A DNA stretch of 64,000 bases, from assembly GCA_963752915.1 (NCBI GenBank), contig CAVVZZ010000011.1, positions 42,708 to 106,707 on the forward strand, in the 5' to 3' direction. Source of the stretch: Ignavibacteriota bacterium (GTDB lineage: Bacteria > Bacteroidota > Ignavibacteria > UBA10030 > UBA6906). The notes beneath the pieces were generated by a model. It saw only the letters and a list, made by a program, of their open reading frames with translations. It ran no database searches and was not told the DNA's origin. Below, in pieces: positions 19,839-28,612 of this stretch. Positions within the stretch are counted from its first letter, which is position 1, and each line of letters opens with the position of its first letter. A program made the position numbers and the translations under genes.

Positions 19839-20915
19839 ATGAATCCCATGAAAAAAGAAGTCGCTACACTTCGCAGGGGGAAGAGCGGTACGCGGAAGAG
19901 GATTGTCGCCCTGCGAGGACGCCAGCCAGTTGCGATTCAACCAGCATTGGACCAAACCGTTTCCACGAACGTTCCCATCCCCTTTGACGCAGGTCTGATT
20001 CAGACCATTCGGGTCAATCGGAGCGCGGTTGAAGCCAGGGCGCTCGAGCTCGGGACGCGCCGATCGTTCAAGGTTGAAGCCCAGGTGGCCTCATATATTG
20101 CCGCGATTCGTTGCATGGATCTGACGACACTTGCCGGGGACGACACGGCTGGCAGGGTGGCGAGGCTTTGTGCGAAGGCGCTGTCTCCGTTGGAACCCGA
20201 GACACTTTCCGCGCTCGGCCTTGGAGCCGTTCATCCGACCGTGGGCGCAGTTTGCGTCTACCCGGCGCAAGTGAAGACCGCCGTCAGTTGTTTGAAGGGG
20301 CGTATTCCTGTCGCCTCTGTCGCGACTGGATTTCCCGCGGGCCAGACGTTTCTCGACGTCAAATTGAGAGAGATTGAACTGGCGATCAAAGCCGGAGCCG
20401 GGGAAATCGATGTGGTGATCAGTCGCGAGAAGGTCCTGACAGGGCAATGGAAGTCGTTGTATGATGAAATCGTGGCCTACCGTCAGGTGTGTGGGACGAG
20501 GGCAAGGATGAAGACTATTCTCGGCATCGGGAACCTTGAAACGCTTGCCAATATCGCGGCGGCATCGGCGGTGGCGATAGCGGCAGGTTCGGACATCATC
20601 AAGACTTCGACGGGCTTCGAGCCGACGAATGCCTCCCTCCCGGGCGGGCTCGTGATGGTCCGCCAGATCCGGAGATTTCTTGATTCTGGTGCCCTGGAGG
20701 GACGCCGGGTGGGATTCAAACCGGCGGGGGGGATCCGCACAGCAAAAGATGCCATGCTTTGGCTCATCCTCATGCTCGAGGAACTGGGAGAGGCATGGAC
20801 GAAACCGGACCTGTTCCGGATCGGCGCAAGCGGCTTGCTGACCGACATTGAACGTCAGCTCCGACACCTTGCATTCGGCAGGTACGCGAATGCGCAATAC
20901 CATCCGATGGCCTGA
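19839..20915 (+). CDS. deoC: deoxyribose-phosphate aldolase (long, eukaryote-like DERA form)
   Basis: 'IRCMDLTTLAGDDT' (N-terminal DERA motif). 'VCVYP' active-site region. Schiff-base lysine motif 'IKTSTGF'. TIM-barrel size about 320 aa plus an N-extension. Confidence 0.7.
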   Translation: MNPMKKEVATLRRGKSGTRKRIVALRGRQPVAIQPALDQTVSTNVPIPFDAGLIQTIRVNRSAVEARALELGTRRSFKVEAQVASYIAAIRCMDLTTLAGDDTAGRVARLCAKALSPLEPETLSALGLGAVHPTVGAVCVYPAQVKTAVSCLKGRIPVASVATGFPAGQTFLDVKLREIELAIKAGAGEIDVVISREKVLTGQWKSLYDEIVAYRQVCGTRARMKTILGIGNLETLANIAAASAVAIAAGSDIIKTSTGFEPTNASLPGGLVMVRQIRRFLDSGALEGRRVGFKPAGGIRTAKDAMLWLILMLEELGEAWTKPDLFRIGASGLLTDIERQLRHLAFGRYANAQYHPMA

Positions 20916-20925
20916 GAAGAAAAAT

Positions 20926-23358
20926 ATGGATAGCGACAAACTGACATCGCTGATCGAAACGTTGGACTACGGCCCGGCTCCCGAATCTGAATCGAAAGCC
21001 AGGGAGTGGCTCAAGGCGCATGAGGCGAAATTTTCACACTCCATCAACGGGAACTGGCAATTGCCTCGCCAGGGGAAGTATTTCGCAACGATCAATCCGT
21101 CGAGGAGCAGCGAAGTGCTCGCGGAGATTGCGCTCGGGACGAAAGAAGACGTCGACGCCGCGGTCGATGCTGCACGGGAGGCGTTCCCGAAGTGGAGCGC
21201 GCTGTCGGGCCATCACCGAGCCCGCTATCTCTATGCGATAGCCAGGGCAATCGCAAAACATGCTCGCGTGTTTGCCGTGCTTGAATCTCTCGACAATGGA
21301 AAGCCGATTCGTGAGACCCGGGACATCGACGTCCCGGTTGTGATCAGACATTTCTACTACCATGCAGGCTGGGCGCAGACGCTGGACGATGAGTTCCCGG
21401 GATATCGTCCGGGGGGTGTGATCGCGCAGATCGTCCCCTGGAATTTCCCGTTTCTGATGCTCGCATGGAAGATCGCGCCGGCGATTGCCGCCGGCAATAC
21501 CATCGTTATCAAGCCTTCGAAGTCCACGCCTCTGAGCGCATTGTTGCTTGCAGACATCTTGATGAATGAAGTCCGGCTGCCGGCCGGGGTCGTGAATGTC
21601 GTCACCGGCGATTCCAGAACGGGGACGATGCTCTACGAGCATCCAGTCCCGTGGAAGGTCACCTTCACAGGCTCGACGGAGGTGGGGCGCATTATCCGGG
21701 CCGGGACGGCCGGATCAGGAAAACACCTGACGATGGAGCTGGGAGGCAAATCGCCGTTCATCGTCTTCGAGAACGCTGACCTCGATAGTGCGATCGAAGG
21801 GGTCGTGAACGGGATCTGGTTCAATGAAGGACAGGTCTGTTGTGCAGGATCACGGCTCCTTGTTCAGGAGGGAATTCACGACGAGTTCATCAAGCGGTTA
21901 AAGCGCCGCATGAGCAAACTCCGTGTCGGCAACCCGCTCGACAAGGCCGTCGATATGGGAGCGATCAGCAATGCCGAACAACTGAAGAAGATCACTGAAC
22001 TTATGGAAGTGGGACAGGACGAGGGTGCGGTGATGTGGCAGCCCGGAAACGTCCACTGTCCGTCGGGCGGATACTTTCTGCCTCCAACGCTTTTCACCAA
22101 AGTTGAACCGTCGTATCGTATTGCGCAGGAAGAGATCTTCGGCCCGGTTCTCGTCACGCTGACATTCCGCACTCCTGCTGAGGCAGTCCAGATCGCCAAC
22201 AACACGCGATATGGACTCGCCGCGTCGATCTGGTCACAGGACATCGATACCGCAATGGACATTGCACGGAAAGTCAAGGCAGGAACCATCTGGATCAATT
22301 CAACCAATCTTTTTGACGCAGCGTCGGGCTTCGGTGGATACCGGGAGAGCGGCTATGGGAGGGAAGGGGGCCGCGAAGGAATGTACGATGTGTTGGTTGA
22401 GGAGGCCCATGCGAGGGTCGTTGCGGGCACAATCAGCAGTGTGACCGTTGAGGGAGCGACCGAATTCTCTGGTAGCGCACTTGAAGCGCGCGGTGGGCAC
22501 AACGGCAACGGCATAGCCGAAGTGGATCGGACCTTCCGTTTCCTGATCGGCGGGAAGCTGGTGCGTCCGGATCAAGCCGGCAGCTTCTCGATTACCTCTC
22601 CGACCGGGAAGTTGCTCGGCGTTGTCGGCGAAGCAAACAAGAAGGATGTGCGCAATGCCGTTGCTGCGGCACGATCGGCATTCCCTTCGTGGTTTGAGTC
22701 CGCGGCGCATCTCCGAGCGCAGATTCTCTACTTTCTCGCCGAGAACCTTGCTGTGGAAAAAGCACGGTTTGCTGAGGCGATCGTTGCCCAAACCGGTGTG
22801 AGTGCCGATGCCGGTCAGGCGGAAGTCGAGCGGGCGATCAGCAGGATTTTCGATTTCGCGGCATACGCAGACAAGTTCGGCGGGACCGTTCAGCCGGTTC
22901 TTGGACGAAGGATGGTCATCGCTGTGCGTGAACCCGTCGGCGTCATCGGCATTCGTGCGTCGGATGAATCGCCGCTGCTTGGCCTGGTCACGCTTATCGC
23001 TTCGGCTGTAGCAATGGCGAACACTGCCGTCGTCGTCGCCGGCAAACATGCGCTAAGCGCCATGGACCTGGTGCAAGTGATCCTCCACTCCGATGTCCCT
23101 CCAGGCGTTGTGAACATTCTGACGGCTCAAAACCCCGACGCTATTGCCAAAGTCCTCGCCGAGCATGAAGATGTCGATGCGATCTGGTATTTCGGCAATG
23201 GCGAAGGTTCTGCAGTCGTTGAGAAGGCATCGACGAGCAACATGAAGCAGACGTGGGTTTCGAACGGGAAGTCTGTGGACTGGGCTGGTCTGAAAAGCGA
23301 GAAGATCCTTCTAAAATCTACCCAGGTGAAGAATATCTGGGTGCCGTACGGGGTGTGA
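20926..23358 (+). CDS. two-domain aldehyde dehydrogenase (ALDH16-like: complete ALDH domain + C-terminal degenerate ALDH-like domain)
   Basis: Start set at 'MDSDKLTSL' (the 20848 start would overlap deoC by 68 bp). Domain 1: 'IVPWNFPFLMLAWKIAPAIAAGNTIVIKPS', 'ELGGKSP', catalytic 'NEGQVCCAGSRLLV'. Domain 2 (about aa 540-800) repeats the cofactor-binding half ('GVVGEANKKDVRNAVAAARSAF...VGVIGIRASDESPLL') but lacks the Cys/Glu catalytic motifs. Confidence 0.75.
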   Translation: MDSDKLTSLIETLDYGPAPESESKAREWLKAHEAKFSHSINGNWQLPRQGKYFATINPSRSSEVLAEIALGTKEDVDAAVDAAREAFPKWSALSGHHRARYLYAIARAIAKHARVFAVLESLDNGKPIRETRDIDVPVVIRHFYYHAGWAQTLDDEFPGYRPGGVIAQIVPWNFPFLMLAWKIAPAIAAGNTIVIKPSKSTPLSALLLADILMNEVRLPAGVVNVVTGDSRTGTMLYEHPVPWKVTFTGSTEVGRIIRAGTAGSGKHLTMELGGKSPFIVFENADLDSAIEGVVNGIWFNEGQVCCAGSRLLVQEGIHDEFIKRLKRRMSKLRVGNPLDKAVDMGAISNAEQLKKITELMEVGQDEGAVMWQPGNVHCPSGGYFLPPTLFTKVEPSYRIAQEEIFGPVLVTLTFRTPAEAVQIANNTRYGLAASIWSQDIDTAMDIARKVKAGTIWINSTNLFDAASGFGGYRESGYGREGGREGMYDVLVEEAHARVVAGTISSVTVEGATEFSGSALEARGGHNGNGIAEVDRTFRFLIGGKLVRPDQAGSFSITSPTGKLLGVVGEANKKDVRNAVAAARSAFPSWFESAAHLRAQILYFLAENLAVEKARFAEAIVAQTGVSADAGQAEVERAISRIFDFAAYADKFGGTVQPVLGRRMVIAVREPVGVIGIRASDESPLLGLVTLIASAVAMANTAVVVAGKHALSAMDLVQVILHSDVPPGVVNILTAQNPDAIAKVLAEHEDVDAIWYFGNGEGSAVVEKASTSNMKQTWVSNGKSVDWAGLKSEKILLKSTQVKNIWVPYGV

Positions 23359-23364
23359 ACTCAT

Positions 23365-23426
23365 CCCCCGTTCCCCCCTTCTCCCACTCTCCCCCTCGCG
23401 CGAAAGGGGGAAAGGGGGAACGGGAG
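23365..23426. terminator. GC-rich inverted repeat / putative transcription terminator structure after the ALDH gene
   Basis: 'cccccgttcccccctt' (23365-23380) pairs with 'aagggggaacggg' (23412-23424). Inner 'ccccc-tcgcgcgaaa-ggggg' hairpin. No clear U-tract, so it may be a rho-dependent or structural element. Confidence 0.35.
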
Positions 23427-23516
23427 AGTGTCGCGGCACTTTATCCACCCGACCTGTTGTTACTCCTGCATCGATCATTCTCTGAATTCCCCACCATTCC
23501 GTGCAGGAGGTTCTCC

Positions 23517-24119
23517 ATGGCGTTCATCGAAACCATCCCCGAAGAAGAGGCCACCGGCGACGTCCGGAAAATCTACGACGACGACCGGAAAGGGAAGAGC
23601 TACCTTCCAAACTACTCCAGAGTATTCTCGCTCCGGCCAACCGTAAAGGAGGCATGGAACGGTCTCTTGAAGAGCATCAAAAGCAACATGGACTCTCGCA
23701 GGTACGAGCTGGTTACGGTTGCTGCTGCGAAGGCGCTCAGGAGTTCCTATTGCATGCTCGCCCATGGATCGATCCTCCAGGAGAAGTATTACACCACTGT
23801 ACAGATTACTTCGATTGTGCAACAGCCTTCAGGGCCTCCCTTGAGCGAAGGCGAGGTCGCCATGATGAAATTTGCGGAACACGTGGTTCGTGATGCCACC
23901 TCGATCACCCGTGAAGAGATTGAGTCTCTGCGGAGACATGGCTTTACCGATCCGGAAATTTTCGACATCACCGTGACGGCCACGGCGCGCTGCTTCTTCA
24001 GCAAAACGCTTGATGCCCTTGGCGCGGAACCGGACATCGTGTATCTCTACCTCGATAAGGAGATGAGAGATGCGCTGACGGTCGGTCGGCCGATTTCTGA
24101 GTCAACATGTTCTGAGTAA
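23517..24119 (+). CDS. carboxymuconolactone decarboxylase-family (AhpD-like) peroxidase-related protein
   Basis: Start re-set to 'MAFIETIPEEE' (RBS AGGAGG at 23506-23511). CxxxH motif 'SSYCMLAHGS' typical of the AhpD/CMD fold. About 200 aa. Confidence 0.6.
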   Translation: MAFIETIPEEEATGDVRKIYDDDRKGKSYLPNYSRVFSLRPTVKEAWNGLLKSIKSNMDSRRYELVTVAAAKALRSSYCMLAHGSILQEKYYTTVQITSIVQQPSGPPLSEGEVAMMKFAEHVVRDATSITREEIESLRRHGFTDPEIFDITVTATARCFFSKTLDALGAEPDIVYLYLDKEMRDALTVGRPISESTCSE

Positions 24120-24303
24120 GGACGGGTCTTTCGCTCCCAACGTGAATTTCTGAGTTCTGAATTCCGAGTTCAGAATTCAGAATTCATCTGTCCTCCCCAT
24201 CTCCCCCTCTCCCCATCATTCTTTGCCCATTCTCTGACATTTCCGTGACATCTCCTTCTGGCTCTGCACGTATTTTGACGTGAGAAACAGAAGGAGTCTA
24301 GTC

Positions 24304-25263
24304 ATGAAAAACGAGGCGGTGCTGGTTCGGGCAATGTGGACCACAATGCGCCCCTATTTGCTTTTCGTCTCGGCAATTACCGGGGTTGCCGGCATGGCCG
24401 CGACGACAACGGTGTCTCTGGCGCCGCTGCTCACGACGTTCATCGCTGCCTTTTTCGCCTATGGGTTTGGACAAGCGCTTACAGATTGCTTTCAGACCGA
24501 CACGGACGCGATCTCCGCCCCGTACAGGCCTTTAACTACCGGACTCGTCTCCAGGAAATCGATTTTCCTGATGAGTCTGACGGGGCTGACGCTCTGCGCC
24601 GTCACATTCGCGGCACGCAACCCCTGGAATCTTGCGCTGGGAGCAGCGGCTGCCCTCGGCCTGGCAACCTACACACCCTTCAAGCGGAAATGGTGGGGAG
24701 GTCCATGGTACAATGGTTGGATCGTCGTCGTCCTTTGTGTGATGAGCTATCTTGCTACCCGCGATCGCGCCGAAATGTCGCTCCCCCCGTTTTTCTTGCC
24801 TTTGCTCGGGACCGTGTTTTTCGGCTACGCAAACTTCGTTCTTGCCGGATATTTCAAAGACATCGAAGCGGATTCGGCCACGGGATATAGCACTTTGCCG
24901 GTGGTGTTTGGACGAAGAGTTGCCGCCTATGCGAGCGACGGACTTGCCGTTGCCTTTTGTGCTGCGGCGGCATGGACTGCTGTTCAAGTGTTGGGAATCT
25001 ACCCTTCGCGCCCCGGGCACCTGCTGGCATTGCTCTTCTGCATTCCGGCTCTGTGCCACATCCTGGTAGGGCAAATCCAGTTGCACCGAAACAATCGTGA
25101 CTCCGATGCCTACCGGCCAATCATTCATGTAGTTCAATCGTACATCCTTCTGCTTTCAGCCGTTGCGACATTACTGCGGCCGGAATGGACCGCTCTTCTC
25201 GTGGTCCACTATGGGGCGTTTCTGCAGGTCCTCGAAAGGCGGCCGGAGGTCAGCCAGATATGA
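24304..25263 (+). CDS. UbiA-family polyprenyltransferase (second motif resembles the DGGGPS / chlorophyll-synthase branch)
   Basis: ATG at 24304 with RBS AAGGAG 8 bp upstream (the listed 24280 start is GTG). 8-9 predicted TM helices. Asp-rich motif 1 'ALTDCFQTDTDAIS'. Motif 2 'YFKDIEADSATGYSTLPVVFG'. Confidence 0.75.
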   Translation: MKNEAVLVRAMWTTMRPYLLFVSAITGVAGMAATTTVSLAPLLTTFIAAFFAYGFGQALTDCFQTDTDAISAPYRPLTTGLVSRKSIFLMSLTGLTLCAVTFAARNPWNLALGAAAALGLATYTPFKRKWWGGPWYNGWIVVVLCVMSYLATRDRAEMSLPPFFLPLLGTVFFGYANFVLAGYFKDIEADSATGYSTLPVVFGRRVAAYASDGLAVAFCAAAAWTAVQVLGIYPSRPGHLLALLFCIPALCHILVGQIQLHRNNRDSDAYRPIIHVVQSYILLLSAVATLLRPEWTALLVVHYGAFLQVLERRPEVSQI

Positions 25264-26186
25264 TGGTGATCCTGAATCCCAATGCAGGGGGAGGAACTGC
25301 GAGTGAGAAATGGGCGCGAATCAAGGATTCACTTCCATCCCCGGAGGAGAGGATCGTAACCCGAACGGTTGGAGACTGCTCGGCATTGCCTCAACTCATC
25401 GAGGGGGCCATCAACAATGGGGAGCCCCATATTGTTGCGGCGGGTGGCGACGGAACCGTCCACGAAGTTCTCAACGCACTCATGTCGCTGCCCGGGGAAC
25501 GACGGCGGAACATCATCCTTGGCGCAATCGGACTGGGCTCGAGCAATGATTTCCACAAACCCGTTTCCGATGGACATTCGCTTTGTGGCATTCCGCTGCG
25601 AATAGACTTTCGGAAAGCACAGAATCGGGACGTTGGCGTCGTGGAGGTCGAAACAGACTCTGGTGTCAACCGGCGCTGTTTTCTCATTAATGCCAGCATC
25701 GGTCTGACGGCTGAGGGGAACACTTTCTTCAACACCCCGGATTCTTTGCTTCATTGGTTGAAGAAACACTCCACGGGATTGGCAATTTTCTATGCTGCAG
25801 TTCGCTCAATCATGACCTACCAGAACGAACCGGTCAAGGCGACATTCGGAGGCCGGGATGCATTTCGACTCAATGTTACAAATCTGGGCATTGTGAAGAA
25901 CCCACACTTTTCCGGTAGTCTCCATTATGATCAGAAGCCTGATTACACCAATGGAATGCTGGGCATCTTCGCAGCAAATGATCTTGGTTTTTGGGGCCGT
26001 CTCAAGTTGCTGCGAAATCTCTCCCGTGGCAGGTTCTCCGGCCTTCGCAATACTTTTTCCCGATCAGAGGCGGAGTTGACGATTGAAACAGACCACAATG
26101 TAGCCATCGAGGTCGACGGCGAAATCATTGTCGGTCGGCGGGCGCATTTCTCTGTTCTCCAAAACAGCCTTATGGTGTGCACATGA
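25260..26186 (+). CDS. lipid kinase of the DAGK_cat / YegS / sphingosine-ceramide kinase family
   Basis: Start 'MMVILNPNAGGG' forms an ATGA overlap with the UbiA stop. Signature 'VAAGGDGTVHEVLNAL'. 'GAIGLGSSNDF'. Confidence 0.75.
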   Translation: MMVILNPNAGGGTASEKWARIKDSLPSPEERIVTRTVGDCSALPQLIEGAINNGEPHIVAAGGDGTVHEVLNALMSLPGERRRNIILGAIGLGSSNDFHKPVSDGHSLCGIPLRIDFRKAQNRDVGVVEVETDSGVNRRCFLINASIGLTAEGNTFFNTPDSLLHWLKKHSTGLAIFYAAVRSIMTYQNEPVKATFGGRDAFRLNVTNLGIVKNPHFSGSLHYDQKPDYTNGMLGIFAANDLGFWGRLKLLRNLSRGRFSGLRNTFSRSEAELTIETDHNVAIEVDGEIIVGRRAHFSVLQNSLMVCT

Positions 26187-27229
26187 TGGACGACATATTC
26201 GAAAACGCGATAGTCGCGAGCCTGGCGTCATCCCTTCCAAGGAATCCCGATCAGTTCAATGCGCTGCACGAAAGCGATTCGGAAATCATCCGGGTTGCGG
26301 GAGGACCGGGGAGATATCTTGCCGTAACGACCGATTCTATCGTAGAAGAGATCGAACAGCGCATCTACGTCGATCCGTATCAGATTGGATGGATGACCGT
26401 GATGGCCAACCTGAGTGATCTTGCGGCAGTCGGCGCAAGGCCACTTGGACTTCTCCTTTCGGAGACCATCCCGCATGATGCGACTACGGGGTATTTGATA
26501 AGCCTTCAGGAAGGAATACGGGACGCGTGCCGCATTGAAGAGACCGCAATCCTCGGCGGCGACACCAATCGCAGCGATAGACTCCATATGTCGGCAACAG
26601 CAATTGGCATGATCGAAGCGGACAGGCCGGTCACACGCATTGGCTGCGCCGCTGGCGACATTCTCTATTGTACTGGCACTCTCGGTTCAGGGAACGCATT
26701 CGCGGCGGATTGCCTCCTCGGACCAAAAACGAAGGGCACCTTTCTGCCCGCTGCAAAGGTCCGGGAAGGCATCGCCCTTGCTCCCCTGAGTTCGGCATGT
26801 ATGGACACAAGCGATGGCTTCTTTGCCACCCTCGATCAACTTGGCCGATTGAATAACGTTGGATTTCAATTGGACGACACCTGGGAAGAGCTTTTGGACA
26901 CCACTGCGGTATCGACAGCAGATGCAATGGGACTTCACCCGTGGATGCTCCTTGCCGGGCCGCACGGAGAATATCAACTGGTCGTTTCGGTAAGGCCGCA
27001 AGAGCAAGAGTCTGTAGAATCTCTTCGATTCGACGATGGAACAGGACTGGTCCGTGTTGGAACAATTGTAGAGACACCTGGAATAGCGCTGGGAAAGTGG
27101 TGGAGGCTCAACGAATGCGATTTGGCCAGGGTTCGCAATTACAATATCCCTGGCGCGGCAGGAGTTCGAGAGTATATCCGCTTCCTTTTCGACCTGGAAT
27201 CGGTGTGCAGGAATTCGACGCAAGCATGA
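26177..27229 (+). CDS. AIR synthase-related protein (PurM/ThiL/HypE superfamily)
   Basis: 'ESDSEIIRVAGGPGRYLAVTTDSIVEEIEQ' and 'IGWMTVMANLSDLAAVGARPLGLLLSETIP' match the PurM-like N-domain (cf. ThiL 'GDDAAVL...LVTTDTLVEGVHF'). 10-bp overlap with the kinase gene. Confidence 0.65.
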   Translation: MHMMDDIFENAIVASLASSLPRNPDQFNALHESDSEIIRVAGGPGRYLAVTTDSIVEEIEQRIYVDPYQIGWMTVMANLSDLAAVGARPLGLLLSETIPHDATTGYLISLQEGIRDACRIEETAILGGDTNRSDRLHMSATAIGMIEADRPVTRIGCAAGDILYCTGTLGSGNAFAADCLLGPKTKGTFLPAAKVREGIALAPLSSACMDTSDGFFATLDQLGRLNNVGFQLDDTWEELLDTTAVSTADAMGLHPWMLLAGPHGEYQLVVSVRPQEQESVESLRFDDGTGLVRVGTIVETPGIALGKWWRLNECDLARVRNYNIPGAAGVREYIRFLFDLESVCRNSTQA

Positions 27230-27294
27230 CATTCCTGTGACATCCCGGCCCACCGGGCGCCGTACATTTGTCATGAGAAACGAGGAGAACAGCC

Positions 27295-28612
27295 ATGACA
27301 ACCACGGGATCATACAACGGCGGGGAAAACTTCGATTTGCGCGACATCCTCTTACGGGGCAGGTCGATGAAAATGGCCGAACGATTAGGTTTCTTCCAGG
27401 AATTTCTCCGTTCGATTCAAAGTCGGGAGGAAAACTTCTGCATGCGCTGCATCAGCTCACCGGCCGATCGTGAAGTCATCGTTGTTGACCCTCTCTCGGG
27501 GGTGGAACGGGCAATGCTCATGTTTGGATCGAACAACTATCTCGGCCTCGCTACGCACCCCTACGTGCAGGCGCAAGCGGCGAAAGCATTGAAGCTCTTT
27601 GGGGCAGGTCTTGGCGGACCTCCGCTGCTGAATGGCTATACGACTCTTCACCGCACCCTCGAGGAACGCCTTGCCTCGTTGAAAGGAACAGACGATGCGA
27701 TGATCTTCTCCAGCGGGTACGGATCGAATGTGGGTTTGGTCTCCGGAATTGCCGGGAAATCCGATATGATCGTCTACGATGCATATAGTCATGCATCGTT
27801 TTGCTGACGGGATAAAGCTGTCAGGCGCGCAGTCTTGCATGTTTGCACACAACGATGTCTCGAATTTGAAGACGATTCTTGACCAGGCCTCCAGACGGGC
27901 GCACAACGATCTGTTCGTGGGCGTCGAAGGGGTCTACTCCATGGACGGAGACATTGCGCCGCTGGACCGAATCCTTTCACTCTGCCGCGCGTATGGAGCC
28001 CGCCTGATTGTCGATGACGCGCACGGAACCGGGGTCATGGGGCCCCACGGACGGGGCACGGCCGAAGAGTTCGGACTTGAAGGAGAGGTCGATATTACGA
28101 TGGGGACGTTCAGCAAAGCCTTTGCTGTTTCCGGCGGTTTTGTTGCCGCAGCCAAACCCATTATCGACTATCTTCGGTATTTCGCCCGATCGTACATGTT
28201 TTCGGCATCGCTCCCGCCTGTCGTCATTGCCACGGTGCTCGCCGGCCTGGACGTCATGGAACAGGAACCGGAACGATTGACGCAATTGCGTCAGAACATC
28301 GCCACTGCCACCGCAGCCCTGAGGCGCATAGGGTTTTCGTCCCCGTCGCAGTCTGCGATCATACCGTTGCGCGTCCCGGTCGAGATGGATATCCGGAGAG
28401 CGGCAAAGCTGTTCCATGAACGCGGCATCTTTTTGAATTCGATCGAATACCCCGCCGTTCCCGTTTCGCAGCAACGGTTCCGGATCAGCATCATGGCGAC
28501 CCACACAAACGAAGATATTGCACGTCTGGTTTCAGCGGTGGAAGAGGTCTGGGCGTTGTTCAAAGACGAAAGGGTAGACTATGAAAACGCAGAGCAGACA
28601 CATGCCGCGTGA
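27295..28612 (+). pseudogene. alpha-oxoamine synthase (SPT/BioF/Kbl family, SPT-like PLP-lysine motif) interrupted by a +1 frameshift near 27795-27808
   Basis: ORF 27295-27807 (frame 1) ends 'DMIVYDAYSHASFC*'. ORF from 27779 (frame 2) continues 'RFADGIKLSGAQSCMFAHNDVSNLKTIL...LIVDDAHGTGVMGPHGRG...GTFSKAFAVSGGF'. Together they are colinear with the AONS family (E. coli BioF 'DRLSHASLLEAASLS...FAHNDV...MVDDAHGTGVIG'). Deleting one T of the 'cgttttgct' run restores 'SHASFADGIKLSGA'. Confidence 0.6.

Noticed and set aside
20091-20939. 282-aa minus-strand ORF opposite deoC
   Set aside because: The deoC frame carries the diagnostic DERA motifs. The antisense product is Arg/Cys-rich without any fold-like pattern.
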